Shown here: in pieces, positions 36,099-45,547 of the stretch | How positions within the stretch are numbered: the first letter of the stretch is position 1 | How the letters are laid out: the number at the start of each line of letters is the position of its first letter | Notes under the pieces: model-generated | The model's database searches: none | What the model was told of the DNA's origin: nothing | What the model saw: only the letters and a program-made list of their open reading frames with translations | From: Mariprofundaceae bacterium | GTDB lineage: Bacteria > Pseudomonadota > Zetaproteobacteria > Mariprofundales > Mariprofundaceae | DNA length: 50,577 bases | Direction of reading: 5' to 3' | NCBI GenBank assembly: GCA_046756985.1 | Contig: JBHHXG010000001.1 | Location: 1 to 50,577, forward strand | Translations under genes and position numbers: made by a program

Positions 36099-37559
36099 CT
36101 AAAGTCCCAGTTCGTTCCACATGACGTCAACGCGCTGTTTGATCTCCGCAGACATGTGGACAGGACGACCCCATTCCCGGCTGCTTTCGCCCGGCCACTT
36201 GTTTGTTGCATCAATGCCAACCTTGGAACCAAGTCCGGCAACAGGTGAAGCAAAATCGAGATAATCAATCGGCGTATTTTCAGCAAATGTGAAATCACGC
36301 GCCGGGTCGCAGCGCGTGGACACCGCCCAGATGACCTCGGGCCATACGCGGCAATCGATATCCTCATCCACAACAATGATGAACTTCGTGTACATGAACT
36401 GACGCAAATAGGACCATATGCCAAACATCACTCGTTTGGCATGGCCTGCATAGCCCTTCTTAATCGAAACGACCGCCACCCGGTACGGGCACCCCTCCAT
36501 CGGCAGATAGAAATCCACAATCTCGGGAAACTGCTTTTGCAGAATCGGCACAAACACCTCATTCAGGGCAAGCCCCAGTACGGCAGGCTCATCCGGTGGC
36601 TTACCGGTGTATGTCGTATGGTAAATGGCATCGCTGCGCATGCTCATCGTTTCCACGGTGAATACCGGAAAGCGCTCTACCTCGTTGTAATAGCCGGTAT
36701 GATCTCCAAACGGACCTTCCTCGGCATATTCATCGAGAGAAACATGGCCTTCCAGTACGATCTCGGCTGAGGCCGGAACCTGCAACGGCACTGAAACCGC
36801 GTCGGTTAACACGGTTTTCTCGCCTCGCAAAAGACCTGCAAACTGATATTCGGACAGCGTATCGGGTATGGGTGTCACTGCCGCCAGTATGGTGGCGGGA
36901 TCAACACCTATGACGACGGCACACGGAAATGACTCGGCTCCTGCCTGCTTTGCTTCCCGGTGATCCTGTGCGCCACCGCGATGTTTCAGCCAGCGCATAA
37001 TCAGCTTGTTCCTGCCGATGACCTGCTGACGATAAATACCAAGGTTCTGCCGCTCCTTATTCGGCCCCCTGGTCACCACCAGACCCCAGGTAACAAGCGG
37101 CGCTGCATCCTCAGGCCAGCAGTGCTGGACAGGCAACTTCGCCAGATCCACTTCATCGCCTTGAAGAATGACTTCCTTCCATGGCGCTTTTTTGACCTGT
37201 TTCGGCGCCATATGCAGCACCTTTTTCAATACCGGCCATTTGTCCCAGACATCTTTCAGCCCCTTGGGTGGCTCCGGCTCCTTCAGATAGGCCAGCAGCT
37301 CGCCAACCTCGCGCAACTCCTCCACCGATTCCCGGCCCATACCCAGCGCAATGCGCTCAGCTGTACCAAACAGGTTCGCCAGCACCGGTCTATCGCTGCC
37401 TTTGATCTGCTCAAACAACAATGCCGGGCCACCTTGTTGCAGTACACGATCGGCAATTTCGGTTATTTCAAGTCTAGAACTTACAGGAATGGAAATGCGC
37501 GCCAATAGCCCGCGGCGCTCGAGATCAGCAATGAAGTCATGCAGATCAGAATAACTCAT
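36099..37559 (-). CDS. ubiD: 4-hydroxy-3-polyprenylbenzoate decarboxylase (UbiD family)
   Basis: 486 aa. N-terminus [15 protein letters not shown], plus [16 protein letters not shown] and [10 protein letters not shown], typical of UbiD. Confidence 0.93.
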   Translation of the reverse strand: MSYSDLHDFIADLERRGLLARISIPVSSRLEITEIADRVLQQGGPALLFEQIKGSDRPVLANLFGTAERIALGMGRESVEELREVGELLAYLKEPEPPKGLKDVWDKWPVLKKVLHMAPKQVKKAPWKEVILQGDEVDLAKLPVQHCWPEDAAPLVTWGLVVTRGPNKERQNLGIYRQQVIGRNKLIMRWLKHRGGAQDHREAKQAGAESFPCAVVIGVDPATILAAVTPIPDTLSEYQFAGLLRGEKTVLTDAVSVPLQVPASAEIVLEGHVSLDEYAEEGPFGDHTGYYNEVERFPVFTVETMSMRSDAIYHTTYTGKPPDEPAVLGLALNEVFVPILQKQFPEIVDFYLPMEGCPYRVAVVSIKKGYAGHAKRVMFGIWSYLRQFMYTKFIIVVDEDIDCRVWPEVIWAVSTRCDPARDFTFAENTPIDYLDFASPVAGLGSKVGIDATNKWPGESSREWGRPVHMSAEIKQRVDVMWNELGL

Positions 37560-37891
37560 GCCGCCGGTTCGTCATCCTCGATTTCAAAAACCGTATCCAG
37601 CTTGGAAAGGATAAATACATCGCGCACGGTATCAGTGAGACCGGAGAGTACAAACTTCCCTCCCGTTTCACGGCTCCACTGCAGGCCTTCAATCAGCGTT
37701 GCAATCCCGGACGAATCCATGAAATGGACGCCATCAAGGGCAACATGAATCGTTTTCTGCTGTTCTGTCAGCAGCGGCTTCAGCCGTTTGCGAAGCTCTG
37801 TAGAGGTATGAATATTGACTTCGCCATTGATACGCAGCAGCACCTCATTTTCTGACTGCCGCTCTTCCGACACATCAATTGTTATGCCCAT
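37556..37891 (-). CDS. STAS-domain protein (anti-sigma-factor antagonist / MlaB-like)
   Basis: 111 aa from Met22 of the track ORF, preceded by [26 protein letters not shown] retains the phosphorylatable DSSG serine. The stop overlaps the ubiD ATG (ATGA). Confidence 0.82.
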   Translation of the reverse strand: MGITIDVSEERQSENEVLLRINGEVNIHTSTELRKRLKPLLTEQQKTIHVALDGVHFMDSSGIATLIEGLQWSRETGGKFVLSGLTDTVRDVFILSKLDTVFEIEDDEPAA

Positions 37892-38363
37892 GTTTATCTC
37901 CCCCGTTGATATATGAGACCAGAAGCCAGCGGTTTCCATCCGGTAGCGCTTCATGATGCACCTCGTCCATCACCGCACGGATCAGATGCAGCCCGAGTCC
38001 ACCCGGTGTCACATCATCCATGCATCTGCCTTGTAAGGTGTCCGCATTTTCAATGCCGGGGGCAAAGTCACGGAACGCAAAGCGAAGCTGCCTGCTGCCA
38101 TCTTCATTATGGTGAATACTCGCTTCCATCTCCACTGTTCCCGGTTTGCCGCCGTAGCCGTGTCGGGCGATATTGGCAAACAGCTCATCCACCGCCAACA
38201 CCATGCGGCTGCTTTCAATTTCATTCAGGCCAGCCCGCGCGCCCACGACTTCAACCATCGACTTCAGCACATGAATACAGTCATTGCAGCAATTCAGCTT
38301 GCAGCTGAGCCTGTCTGCATGACTGTCATCAATGTGATTCGCTGCCGCTTTATCTGTGTGCAT
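37875..38363 (-). CDS. RsbW/SpoIIAB-like anti-sigma serine kinase (HATPase_c_2)
   Basis: 162 aa. N-box DELFANIARH, G1-like FRDFAPGIE, G2 GGLGLHLI. Confidence 0.8.
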   Translation of the reverse strand: MHTDKAAANHIDDSHADRLSCKLNCCNDCIHVLKSMVEVVGARAGLNEIESSRMVLAVDELFANIARHGYGGKPGTVEMEASIHHNEDGSRQLRFAFRDFAPGIENADTLQGRCMDDVTPGGLGLHLIRAVMDEVHHEALPDGNRWLLVSYINGGDKHGHNN

Positions 38364-38372
38364 ATGATCCGG

Positions 38373-39299
38373 TCACGGCGTACTTGTTTCAGGAGCAGAC
38401 AGGGGCGCCACTTCAGGCCTGATTTCTGCAGGAAGCTTATCAAGCCGCTGCCGCCAGTACTCTGCCTGATCATCTTCTCCGGCATCCTCTGCCAGTGAAA
38501 CCAAGGCTTCCAGACTCACACGCTGCCCCTTTCTGTCTTTCAGCGCGCGATAGATGGACAACGACCTTTCCAGACTGTCCTGCCTTTCCGACACGCCGAT
38601 GTCTAGCCTCGAACGCAACAGCAATGTATGGGCCGCCAGCCTAGGGGCTCCCACCTGACGGCACAGGCGAAGCACATGTTCTGTTTCCTTCCGGGCCGCC
38701 TCATCGTCTGCAGATGCATGCGCCAGCATGGCCAGACCCATATGCGCTTCAGCCCGATAGGTCAGACCAATCCGTGTCTTTTTATCACTTTGGTTTGCGG
38801 CCCGTTCATATTCCTCGCGCGCAACATCCATACGGGCCTGGTACTGGGCCAGGCGGGCGGCGCTTAAGTGCACATCAACAGACCATTTCTTTTCCAGAGG
38901 CGGCGGTGTCCAAGCCTGCTGTCCTGCACGGGCCCTGGACATGGCGAGCCCCAGTTTTGCCCGCATATGCGTCAATTCGTGCTCATGCCGCTCGGCAACG
39001 GTCATGGATTGCAGAAATGCCTCTTCCGCCTTCTGTCTGTCACCCATAGCTGAACGTGCGATTGCCAGGTTGTACCAGGATTGTGCGGTCAGGGCGGTAT
39101 CATCAGCCAGCTGGGAAGCCAATAGAGCCCGCTGAAATGTCTTTTCTGCTGATGACCAGCGTTCTCGCTGCATCATAGCCACGCCGCTGCTGTTTAATGT
39201 CTGAACCCTGTCGACATAGGGGTTTTCAACCTCCGGCTGCTGTTTCCCACCGCCACAGCCATACAACAGTAAAAGCAACAGCAAAATTGCATATCTCAT
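38373..39299 (-). CDS. TPR-repeat lipoprotein
   Basis: 308 aa. Lipobox LLLYGCGGG. Alpha-helical TPR-like repeats (WYNLAIARSAMGDRQKAEEAF and others). Its ATG overlaps the MlaD-like stop. Confidence 0.75.
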   Translation of the reverse strand: MRYAILLLLLLLYGCGGGKQQPEVENPYVDRVQTLNSSGVAMMQRERWSSAEKTFQRALLASQLADDTALTAQSWYNLAIARSAMGDRQKAEEAFLQSMTVAERHEHELTHMRAKLGLAMSRARAGQQAWTPPPLEKKWSVDVHLSAARLAQYQARMDVAREEYERAANQSDKKTRIGLTYRAEAHMGLAMLAHASADDEAARKETEHVLRLCRQVGAPRLAAHTLLLRSRLDIGVSERQDSLERSLSIYRALKDRKGQRVSLEALVSLAEDAGEDDQAEYWRQRLDKLPAEIRPEVAPLSAPETSTP

Positions 39300-40300
39300 G
39301 GCCGCAAATCCAGTGCGGGTGGCGCCACTGTTTCATTTTCATCTGTTTCTATATCAGCATTATCGCCAAACAGCCATGAGCCGCGAAGCCCTTTCAACAG
39401 GCCACGCATCTCCTCGATCACGCTTCTCGATTCCCTCGCCAATCCCGGCAATTCAGGCGTCAACTCAGATAAATCTGCAGCCACGATGTCCAGCGATCGC
39501 GTTAGCTGGTCCACGTGGCCCAGTAGCATATTGATACGCGTGAAAGTCTCCGGCCCCTCTGCTCCCAGGCCTTTTGCCAGCGGCTGCAAATCATCCAGAA
39601 TGTTGGTTGTCAACTTCAGGGAATCTGACAGGCGTTCTACGACATGATGCTTGTCAATTTGCTCGGCAGTGGATTGCAAATGCAGCATGACCCTGGAAAA
39701 GCGTTCCAGGGCCTGCTGAATATCGGCACCCTTCACTTCTGAACTCAAGGCATTCAGTCTTGCGAAAGCCAGGCGAAGATCGCCATCCGGCTTATTCATC
39801 CATGTAGATAATTCTGCCAATTCGCGCAACAGCGTGTTGGCATTGGAGACTGCCGGCTTGATATCCAGCAACAGCTGTTCGATGCTCGCTTCTGTTTCGT
39901 AGGCAATCGTATCCCCGTCATTGACCACAGATCTTTCTGCATCCCCGGCAGATATCTCCAGCGCCTGCTCGCCGATCCATCCCTCCTTGATCAGCCGCAC
40001 CTTGGCACCGTAATGCACCATATGGCGGTACCGGTCCAGCAGCTGCATATCGATGCGGACTTTGCCCTCGTCAAGCAATTCCATACGATAGACACGGCCG
40101 ATGACAAAACCCTGGAACCTCACCGGTTGCCCCTCATAAAAAGAAGTGGCTGACGGCGGCGATGTATACAGATGAAACTTCTTGGCAAACACATCGGTGC
40201 GCACACTGATCACCAGTAGCAACAGAATGATGGTTCCTATGCCAATCATGACGAACCAGCCCACCTGGCGGCTCATGCCGGAAACAAAGTCCCGCTGCAC
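39296..40300 (-). CDS. MCE/MlaD-family protein with long coiled-coil C-terminus
   Basis: 334 aa. N-terminal TM helix, MCE domain (GQPVRFQGFVIGRVYRMELLDEGKVRIDMQL), then about 180 aa of helical extension. Confidence 0.82.
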   Translation of the reverse strand: MQRDFVSGMSRQVGWFVMIGIGTIILLLLVISVRTDVFAKKFHLYTSPPSATSFYEGQPVRFQGFVIGRVYRMELLDEGKVRIDMQLLDRYRHMVHYGAKVRLIKEGWIGEQALEISAGDAERSVVNDGDTIAYETEASIEQLLLDIKPAVSNANTLLRELAELSTWMNKPDGDLRLAFARLNALSSEVKGADIQQALERFSRVMLHLQSTAEQIDKHHVVERLSDSLKLTTNILDDLQPLAKGLGAEGPETFTRINMLLGHVDQLTRSLDIVAADLSELTPELPGLARESRSVIEEMRGLLKGLRGSWLFGDNADIETDENETVAPPALDLRP

Positions 40301-40320
40301 TTACATATCCCTCCCCGATC

Positions 40321-40971
40321 TCATGCCTTCCCCGGTATATCCAGTGACAGCGTGCGTGAAAACTCGACGCCTGATCCTTCGTGTTCTGTCGCTGTTAAAT
40401 ATAATATCCCTGAACCCAGGACATTCAATGCCTCAACAGCCAGCGCACGAAAATGCGTCAGCCGGTCGGGTGGCATGCCGACGTGCACTTCCTGAGCAAT
40501 GATGATGTCGGGGCGCCGCAACAGACAGCGGCCCAGACTTACCAGCGCATGGGTATAAGCGGAACGCTCTCCTGCCTGCTCGTTCAGTGAGGATGCCAAC
40601 CCTATAAACTCTGCCACCTCATTCACCTCATCTTCGGCTTTTTGCAGCCTCTCATCCTCACCCCGGTAAAGAAAGGGCAGTAAAAGATTCTCGCGTAGGC
40701 TCAGATTGGCCAACAACCCACGATGCCGGATCATACTCCCCACTTCTTCAATGAACTCCGGCGTCCCGGCCTGGATACTGGCCGTATCCGTCTCCAGCCA
40801 CATTTGCCATGCTTCTTCGCCCGGTCTGGGTTCGAAAAATAAATGCCGCATAAAATCATACTGACACCGCCCGTCAATGACCAGACGTACATATTCGCCA
40901 AAAGCCACTTTTCCTGACTGTATGATGCCATTCCCTAACTGCAGCTGACGCCAGCGCAGCGTGCCACTCAT
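40321..40971 (-). CDS. Degenerate ABC nucleotide-binding-domain homologue (MlaF position, catalytic motifs lost)
   Basis: 216 aa from MSGTLRW, with GAGGTG upstream. It aligns by eye to MlaF. Walker A is replaced by IDGRCQYD, the Q-loop by IRHRG, LSGGM by RSAYT, and Walker B FDEP by AQEV. Confidence 0.65.
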   Translation of the reverse strand: MSGTLRWRQLQLGNGIIQSGKVAFGEYVRLVIDGRCQYDFMRHLFFEPRPGEEAWQMWLETDTASIQAGTPEFIEEVGSMIRHRGLLANLSLRENLLLPFLYRGEDERLQKAEDEVNEVAEFIGLASSLNEQAGERSAYTHALVSLGRCLLRRPDIIIAQEVHVGMPPDRLTHFRALAVEALNVLGSGILYLTATEHEGSGVEFSRTLSLDIPGKA

Positions 40972-40981
40972 GGCCTGCACC

Positions 40982-41803
40982 TCACAACAGGCCGCCCAGA
41001 AGCACAAACAGCACATCAAGCAGAATCACGGTCATCAGCGAGCCCAGCACACCAAACGTGGCGCGCACTGGAATCTGATTCGGATCCCGCCCGACCCGGC
41101 ATCCCTGATCCAGCAACATGACGCAACAGAGCAGCGGATACAACATGCCCTTGCCAATCATCATCAGCACTTCTCCGATGCTGGTACCGCGGCGGACTTC
41201 GACAAGAAAATCTATTAAGTTCAACTGATGGGTCCAGGCAGAAATAAGCCCTCCGACCCAGATGGAAATGGCGACAAACATGAAGGTCAGAATCAGGCCG
41301 CATACTGCAAATGCCATGACGCGCGGCCAGAACAGGTATTCCTTGATATTGATGCCAAGGCTACGCAACGTCATGTCCTCACCGCGAATATGCATATGGG
41401 CGACTTCTGTCACCACAGCCACGCCGGAGCGGGCCAGCAGAAAAATCGTGACAAACAGCGGCGCAATCTCCTGCACCAGCACGTTGCTGATCAGGCTGCC
41501 AATCAGCGACATATCCTGAATGCTCTTGGCAAAGATAACTATGTTGTAGACGGCAAGCACGCCTGCCCCGAGCGAAATCAGCACCACCCAGGGCACACTT
41601 TGCACGCCGGTGAAATAAATCTGCCGTACCATCACGTATTTTACAGCCACATGCGAAAGCCACTGCAGCCGCAGCCCGATACCAAGCACCGATATCGTCA
41701 GACCATAAAACCGACGTATGCTATCGAACAGGCGCAGACTTGCTTCGCCGATGCGATCCGCCCGCCAGTGCCAGCCCTCCAAACGATACTGCCATCCCTG
41801 CAT
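40982..41803 (-). CDS. mlaE: MlaE-family ABC permease
   Basis: 273 aa. FYGLTISVLGIGLR and RQIYFTGVQSVPWVVLISLGAGVLAV, with about 5-6 TM, typical of MlaE/Ttg2B. Confidence 0.85.
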   Translation of the reverse strand: MQGWQYRLEGWHWRADRIGEASLRLFDSIRRFYGLTISVLGIGLRLQWLSHVAVKYVMVRQIYFTGVQSVPWVVLISLGAGVLAVYNIVIFAKSIQDMSLIGSLISNVLVQEIAPLFVTIFLLARSGVAVVTEVAHMHIRGEDMTLRSLGINIKEYLFWPRVMAFAVCGLILTFMFVAISIWVGGLISAWTHQLNLIDFLVEVRRGTSIGEVLMMIGKGMLYPLLCCVMLLDQGCRVGRDPNQIPVRATFGVLGSLMTVILLDVLFVLLGGLL

Positions 41804-41966
41804 ACCGTCTTTATAGGCTCGTACGGGAGAAAATCAAGCCATCTATTGCTGCGGAAAACCACAGACCCCAAATACCTGCGAGCACCGGCTTGCACCCATC
41901 ATTGCGCTTGGGTAGCGTCCCGCATCCGCCGAAAAAGCACGAAATAGCAACTCATCTGGGGGCATT

Positions 41967-43880
41967 ATGCTTGAAACCATGCGCAATCAGGCCCAATCAT
42001 GGATCGCCAAACTTATCCTTGGTGGTATTGCGCTGTCATTCGCATTGTGGGGCATTGGCGACTACTTCATGGGTGGCAGTCTGGTAACTGTTGCCGAAGT
42101 CGATGGCAAGCCGGTCAGCGAAGCTGAATTCTACCAAGCCTACGAACGCCAACTGAACACCTACCGGGCCATGCTTGGCAAGCAGTTTTCAAAGAGCACC
42201 ATTGACGCCATGGGCATCAAGCAGGATACCATACAAACCATCATCAACCGCCGTCTGATGCTGGATGAGGCCACGCATTTGGGATTGACAGCACCGGAAA
42301 CAACCGTTCTGGCGCGCGTCCGTTCCAACCCGGCATTCCAGTCCGCTGGCAGCTTCGATGCCCAGCGTTACCGCATCCTGACGCGTAACATGGGCTTCCG
42401 CACCCCTGCAGATTACGAAACCGATCTGCGGCTTAATCTGATGGTTGATGCCTTGCAGCAATCCATCATAAGCTCTGCAAACGTCAATGAACAGGAAATC
42501 CGTGACCGCTTTGCTGTGGAGTATGAGCAGCGGGAGATTGCCGCCATTATTATTGATCCCGATAGCCTGAGGGCAAAGGCAAACGTATCAGATGAACAGG
42601 CTCGGGCCTACTATGAGGCGCACAAGGAAAATTATCGCTCGCCGCTCAGGCTTAAGCTGACAGCGGTGGATATTTCTCCCGCGGCACTGGCTGTAGATAT
42701 CGCCGTTGATGACGAAGAAGTGCGCGCAGCCTATGAATCCAGAAAAGAGGAATTTTTCAAGCCGGAGGAGCGACAGGCTCGTCACATCCTGATACGCGTC
42801 AATGACAGTGCAACGGATGCGATGCGTACCGAGGCGCGTAACAAGATCGAGTCCGCACAGGCCCGTATCAAAGCCGGGGAAGGTTTCGCAGCGGTGGCCC
42901 GGGATGTCTCCGAGGATGTCACAGCCGACAAAGGCGGAGACCTGGGCTTTTTTGTACGTGGCGTCATGGTGCCGGCTTTTGATGAAGTTGCCTTTTCAAT
43001 GCAAAAAGGCGATATCAGTGATATTATTGAAACCCAGTTCGGATACCACCTGATCCAGCTTGTAGACATCAGGGCAGCCTCCGAAACGCCGTTTGAAGAA
43101 GTGCGCGAAACGCTTGCGGCTGAAATCAAATCAGCGCGCGCGGCGGAAGAAGCCTACAGGCTGTCCCAGGATCTGGATGATGCATTGGGTATGGAAGATT
43201 CACTGAAGGCGGCTGCCGAAAGCCTGAACCTGACCGTACACGAAATCGGCCCCATCAGTCAGGATGAAGCGCTTGCAAACAAGCTGTTGTCATCCGATCC
43301 GGCTTTGCGAGCGCAGACGTTTGCTATCCAGCCTGGCCAGGCCATCGAAATTACAGAACTTGATAACGGCCATTTTGCTGCTATCGAGGTGCTGGAGCGA
43401 ATCGAGCCGGATGTACTACCCTATGCCAAGGTCGCCGCTGCGGTGCATGAAGACGCACGGCATGCCGAAGCCATACGGCTGGCACGCGATCTGGCCGGCA
43501 AGATACTGGCCGAGACAGCCGGCAAAACACTGGATGCGCTGGTCCAGGCTTATGGACAGCCAAAATACATTTCCAAACCTGTGCGCAAGAGCGGCATTGG
43601 TGATGATGCCAGCTGGCTGACCTCATCTGTTCTGGATGCGGCCTTCCGGACCGCAAAAGGGCAATGGGTATCAAACATCCTGGAAGTGCCGCAAGGCCTG
43701 GCCATTGTGCGGGTACAGAGCGTGATTGCTCCATCCGAGGAAGAATACATCAGGCAGCGAAATGAACTCGCCGGGGAAGTCGAAAAGGCCAAGGGTGCCG
43801 TACGCTTTGCGCGCTGGATGGCATCCGTTCGCAACCGGCATGAAATCACCATTGACCAGACGGTGCTTGAGCGCTTTTAG
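41967..43880 (+). CDS. ppiD: Periplasmic chaperone / peptidyl-prolyl isomerase PpiD
   Basis: 637 aa. N-terminus MLETMRNQAQSWIAKLILGGIALSFALWG, and a central parvulin domain (ARHILIRV, GGDLGFF, FGYHLIQL). Confidence 0.92.
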   Translation: MLETMRNQAQSWIAKLILGGIALSFALWGIGDYFMGGSLVTVAEVDGKPVSEAEFYQAYERQLNTYRAMLGKQFSKSTIDAMGIKQDTIQTIINRRLMLDEATHLGLTAPETTVLARVRSNPAFQSAGSFDAQRYRILTRNMGFRTPADYETDLRLNLMVDALQQSIISSANVNEQEIRDRFAVEYEQREIAAIIIDPDSLRAKANVSDEQARAYYEAHKENYRSPLRLKLTAVDISPAALAVDIAVDDEEVRAAYESRKEEFFKPEERQARHILIRVNDSATDAMRTEARNKIESAQARIKAGEGFAAVARDVSEDVTADKGGDLGFFVRGVMVPAFDEVAFSMQKGDISDIIETQFGYHLIQLVDIRAASETPFEEVRETLAAEIKSARAAEEAYRLSQDLDDALGMEDSLKAAAESLNLTVHEIGPISQDEALANKLLSSDPALRAQTFAIQPGQAIEITELDNGHFAAIEVLERIEPDVLPYAKVAAAVHEDARHAEAIRLARDLAGKILAETAGKTLDALVQAYGQPKYISKPVRKSGIGDDASWLTSSVLDAAFRTAKGQWVSNILEVPQGLAIVRVQSVIAPSEEEYIRQRNELAGEVEKAKGAVRFARWMASVRNRHEITIDQTVLERF

Positions 43881-43930
43881 CCGGATTTGACTATGCAATC
43901 TCTGATTACTGCCCATGTTCATTTGCTGGC

Positions 43931-43960
43931 ATAAAAATACCGAGCGGAAACCGCTCGGTA
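43931..43960 (-). terminator. Rho-independent terminator downstream of tRNA-Ala
   Basis: Perfect 10-bp stem TACCGAGCGG / CCGCTCGGTA (43938-43947 and 43951-43960) with a 3-nt loop. On the minus-strand RNA it is followed by UUUUUAU. It may also attenuate ppiD read-through on the plus strand. Confidence 0.75.
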
Positions 43961-43979
43961 TGTATTGCTGTGTGGAATC

Positions 43980-44055
<76 letters not shown>

Positions 44056-44086
44056 GGTTTTGCTCACTCAAATCATGAGGCCGCGC

Positions 44087-44115
44087 ATTGAGCCACAGCC
44101 AGATAGCGATGTCAA
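44087..44115 (-). promoter_or_regulatory. Putative tRNA-Ala promoter
   Basis: The minus strand reads TTGACA (plus 44110-44115), a 17-nt spacer, then CTCAAT (plus 44087-44092), followed by the GC-rich discriminator GCGCGGCC. It lies about 30 nt upstream of the tRNA 5' end. Pattern match only. Confidence 0.35.
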
Positions 44116-44116
44116 T

Positions 44117-45547
44117 ATGAGTGGCACATACCAACTGTTCCGCCGCACGTTGTCAGCTGATTGCCTGACACCGCCGGCCGTATTTTCACGACTTGTGAAC
44201 CGTGGCGACTGTTTCCTGCTTGAATCGGCCGAGGGCAGCGAACGCTGGGGACGCTACAGCATTCTTGCCATCAGTCCGGCCTGTCGTGCCACGGCGCAGG
44301 GGGATAAAACCCTGCTGCATCACCGTGATGGCGAATGTGAAACCTTCGATGGCGACATCCTCGCCTGGCTGCGCAAAAACGTGCTGTCACAGCCTTATCT
44401 GGCCGTTGATGATCTGCCGTTTGCCGGCGGTGCAGTGGGCTATTTCGGTTATCAGCTGGTCTCCCGCTTTGAAGACATTCCGGATGATTTGACCGATCCC
44501 GTTGATACGCCTGAATCGGCCTTTCTGCTTGTGGACCGCTTTATCGTCTTTGACAGCCTGCTCGGCACGCTCACCTGCTGCGTCCGCCTGCCGGCGGGTG
44601 AAGATGAAGAAGCGCAAGCCGTGCTTGATCGCATGCAGGCCAGCCTCGAGGAAGGAGAGCCGGCGGGCGTGATGAAGCTGGATGCGGACACATCACAGGT
44701 CCCGTCGCCGGAAGCCCAAACGGCGCAGGGCGATTATGAAGCCGCTGTCGCGAAAGCCATCGAATACATCCATGCCGGAGATATCTTTCAGGTTGTACTC
44801 TCCCAGCGCTTCTCCAGGCCGCTTTCCTGCGCGCCGTTTGACGTGTATCGCGCCGTGCGCCATATCAACCCGTCGCCCTACCTGTTTTACCTGCATATTG
44901 GCGATACGATTCTGGTCGGTTCATCGCCGGAAATCCTCGTACGCCGTGAAGAGAACAGGGCTGTGGTCCGCCCCATTGCCGGCACCCGCCCGCGTGGAAA
45001 AACGGAGACGGAAGACGCAGCACTTGAGTCCGATTTATTGCAGGATACGAAAGAACTTGCTGAACATGTCATGCTGGTGGATCTTGGCCGCAACGACCTG
45101 GGGCGCGTCTGCAAATACGGGACTGTTACACTGACCGAGTCCATGACCATCGAGCGCTATTCACATGTCATGCATATCGTCTCGCAGGTCGAGGGAGAGC
45201 TGCGCGATGATGTTGATGTCCTTGACCTCTTGGCAGCCACCTTCCCCGCTGGCACGGTATCCGGCGCACCGAAAGTGCGGGCCATGCAGATTATCCACGA
45301 GCTTGAGCCCGTCGCACGCGGCCCTTATGCCGGTACCGTCGGCTATATCGGATTCGGTGGCCAGCGCATGGATACGGCGATCGCCATCCGTACAGCGGTC
45401 ATTCACGGTGGGCAGGTCCATATCCAGGCCGGTGCCGGTATTGTCGCCGATTCGGTTCCGGCCAAGGAACATGCCGAATGCGTCAACAAGGCCACCGCTA
45501 TGTTCCGTGCTGTTGCACTCGCCGAGGCGCAGCAGGAGACGTCATGA
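44117..45547 (+). CDS. trpE: Anthranilate synthase component I
   Basis: Start at MSGTYQLF (Met24 of the track ORF). [14 protein letters not shown], and the chorismate-binding C-terminus ([30 protein letters not shown]). Confidence 0.93.
   Translation: MSGTYQLFRRTLSADCLTPPAVFSRLVNRGDCFLLESAEGSERWGRYSILAISPACRATAQGDKTLLHHRDGECETFDGDILAWLRKNVLSQPYLAVDDLPFAGGAVGYFGYQLVSRFEDIPDDLTDPVDTPESAFLLVDRFIVFDSLLGTLTCCVRLPAGEDEEAQAVLDRMQASLEEGEPAGVMKLDADTSQVPSPEAQTAQGDYEAAVAKAIEYIHAGDIFQVVLSQRFSRPLSCAPFDVYRAVRHINPSPYLFYLHIGDTILVGSSPEILVRREENRAVVRPIAGTRPRGKTETEDAALESDLLQDTKELAEHVMLVDLGRNDLGRVCKYGTVTLTESMTIERYSHVMHIVSQVEGELRDDVDVLDLLAATFPAGTVSGAPKVRAMQIIHELEPVARGPYAGTVGYIGFGGQRMDTAIAIRTAVIHGGQVHIQAGAGIVADSVPAKEHAECVNKATAMFRAVALAEAQQETS

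Noticed and set aside
41228-41947. 239-aa plus-strand ORF overlapping the mlaE-like gene
   Set aside because: It is antisense to a well-supported multi-TM permease. Its sequence is His/Gln/Pro-rich with no domain signature.
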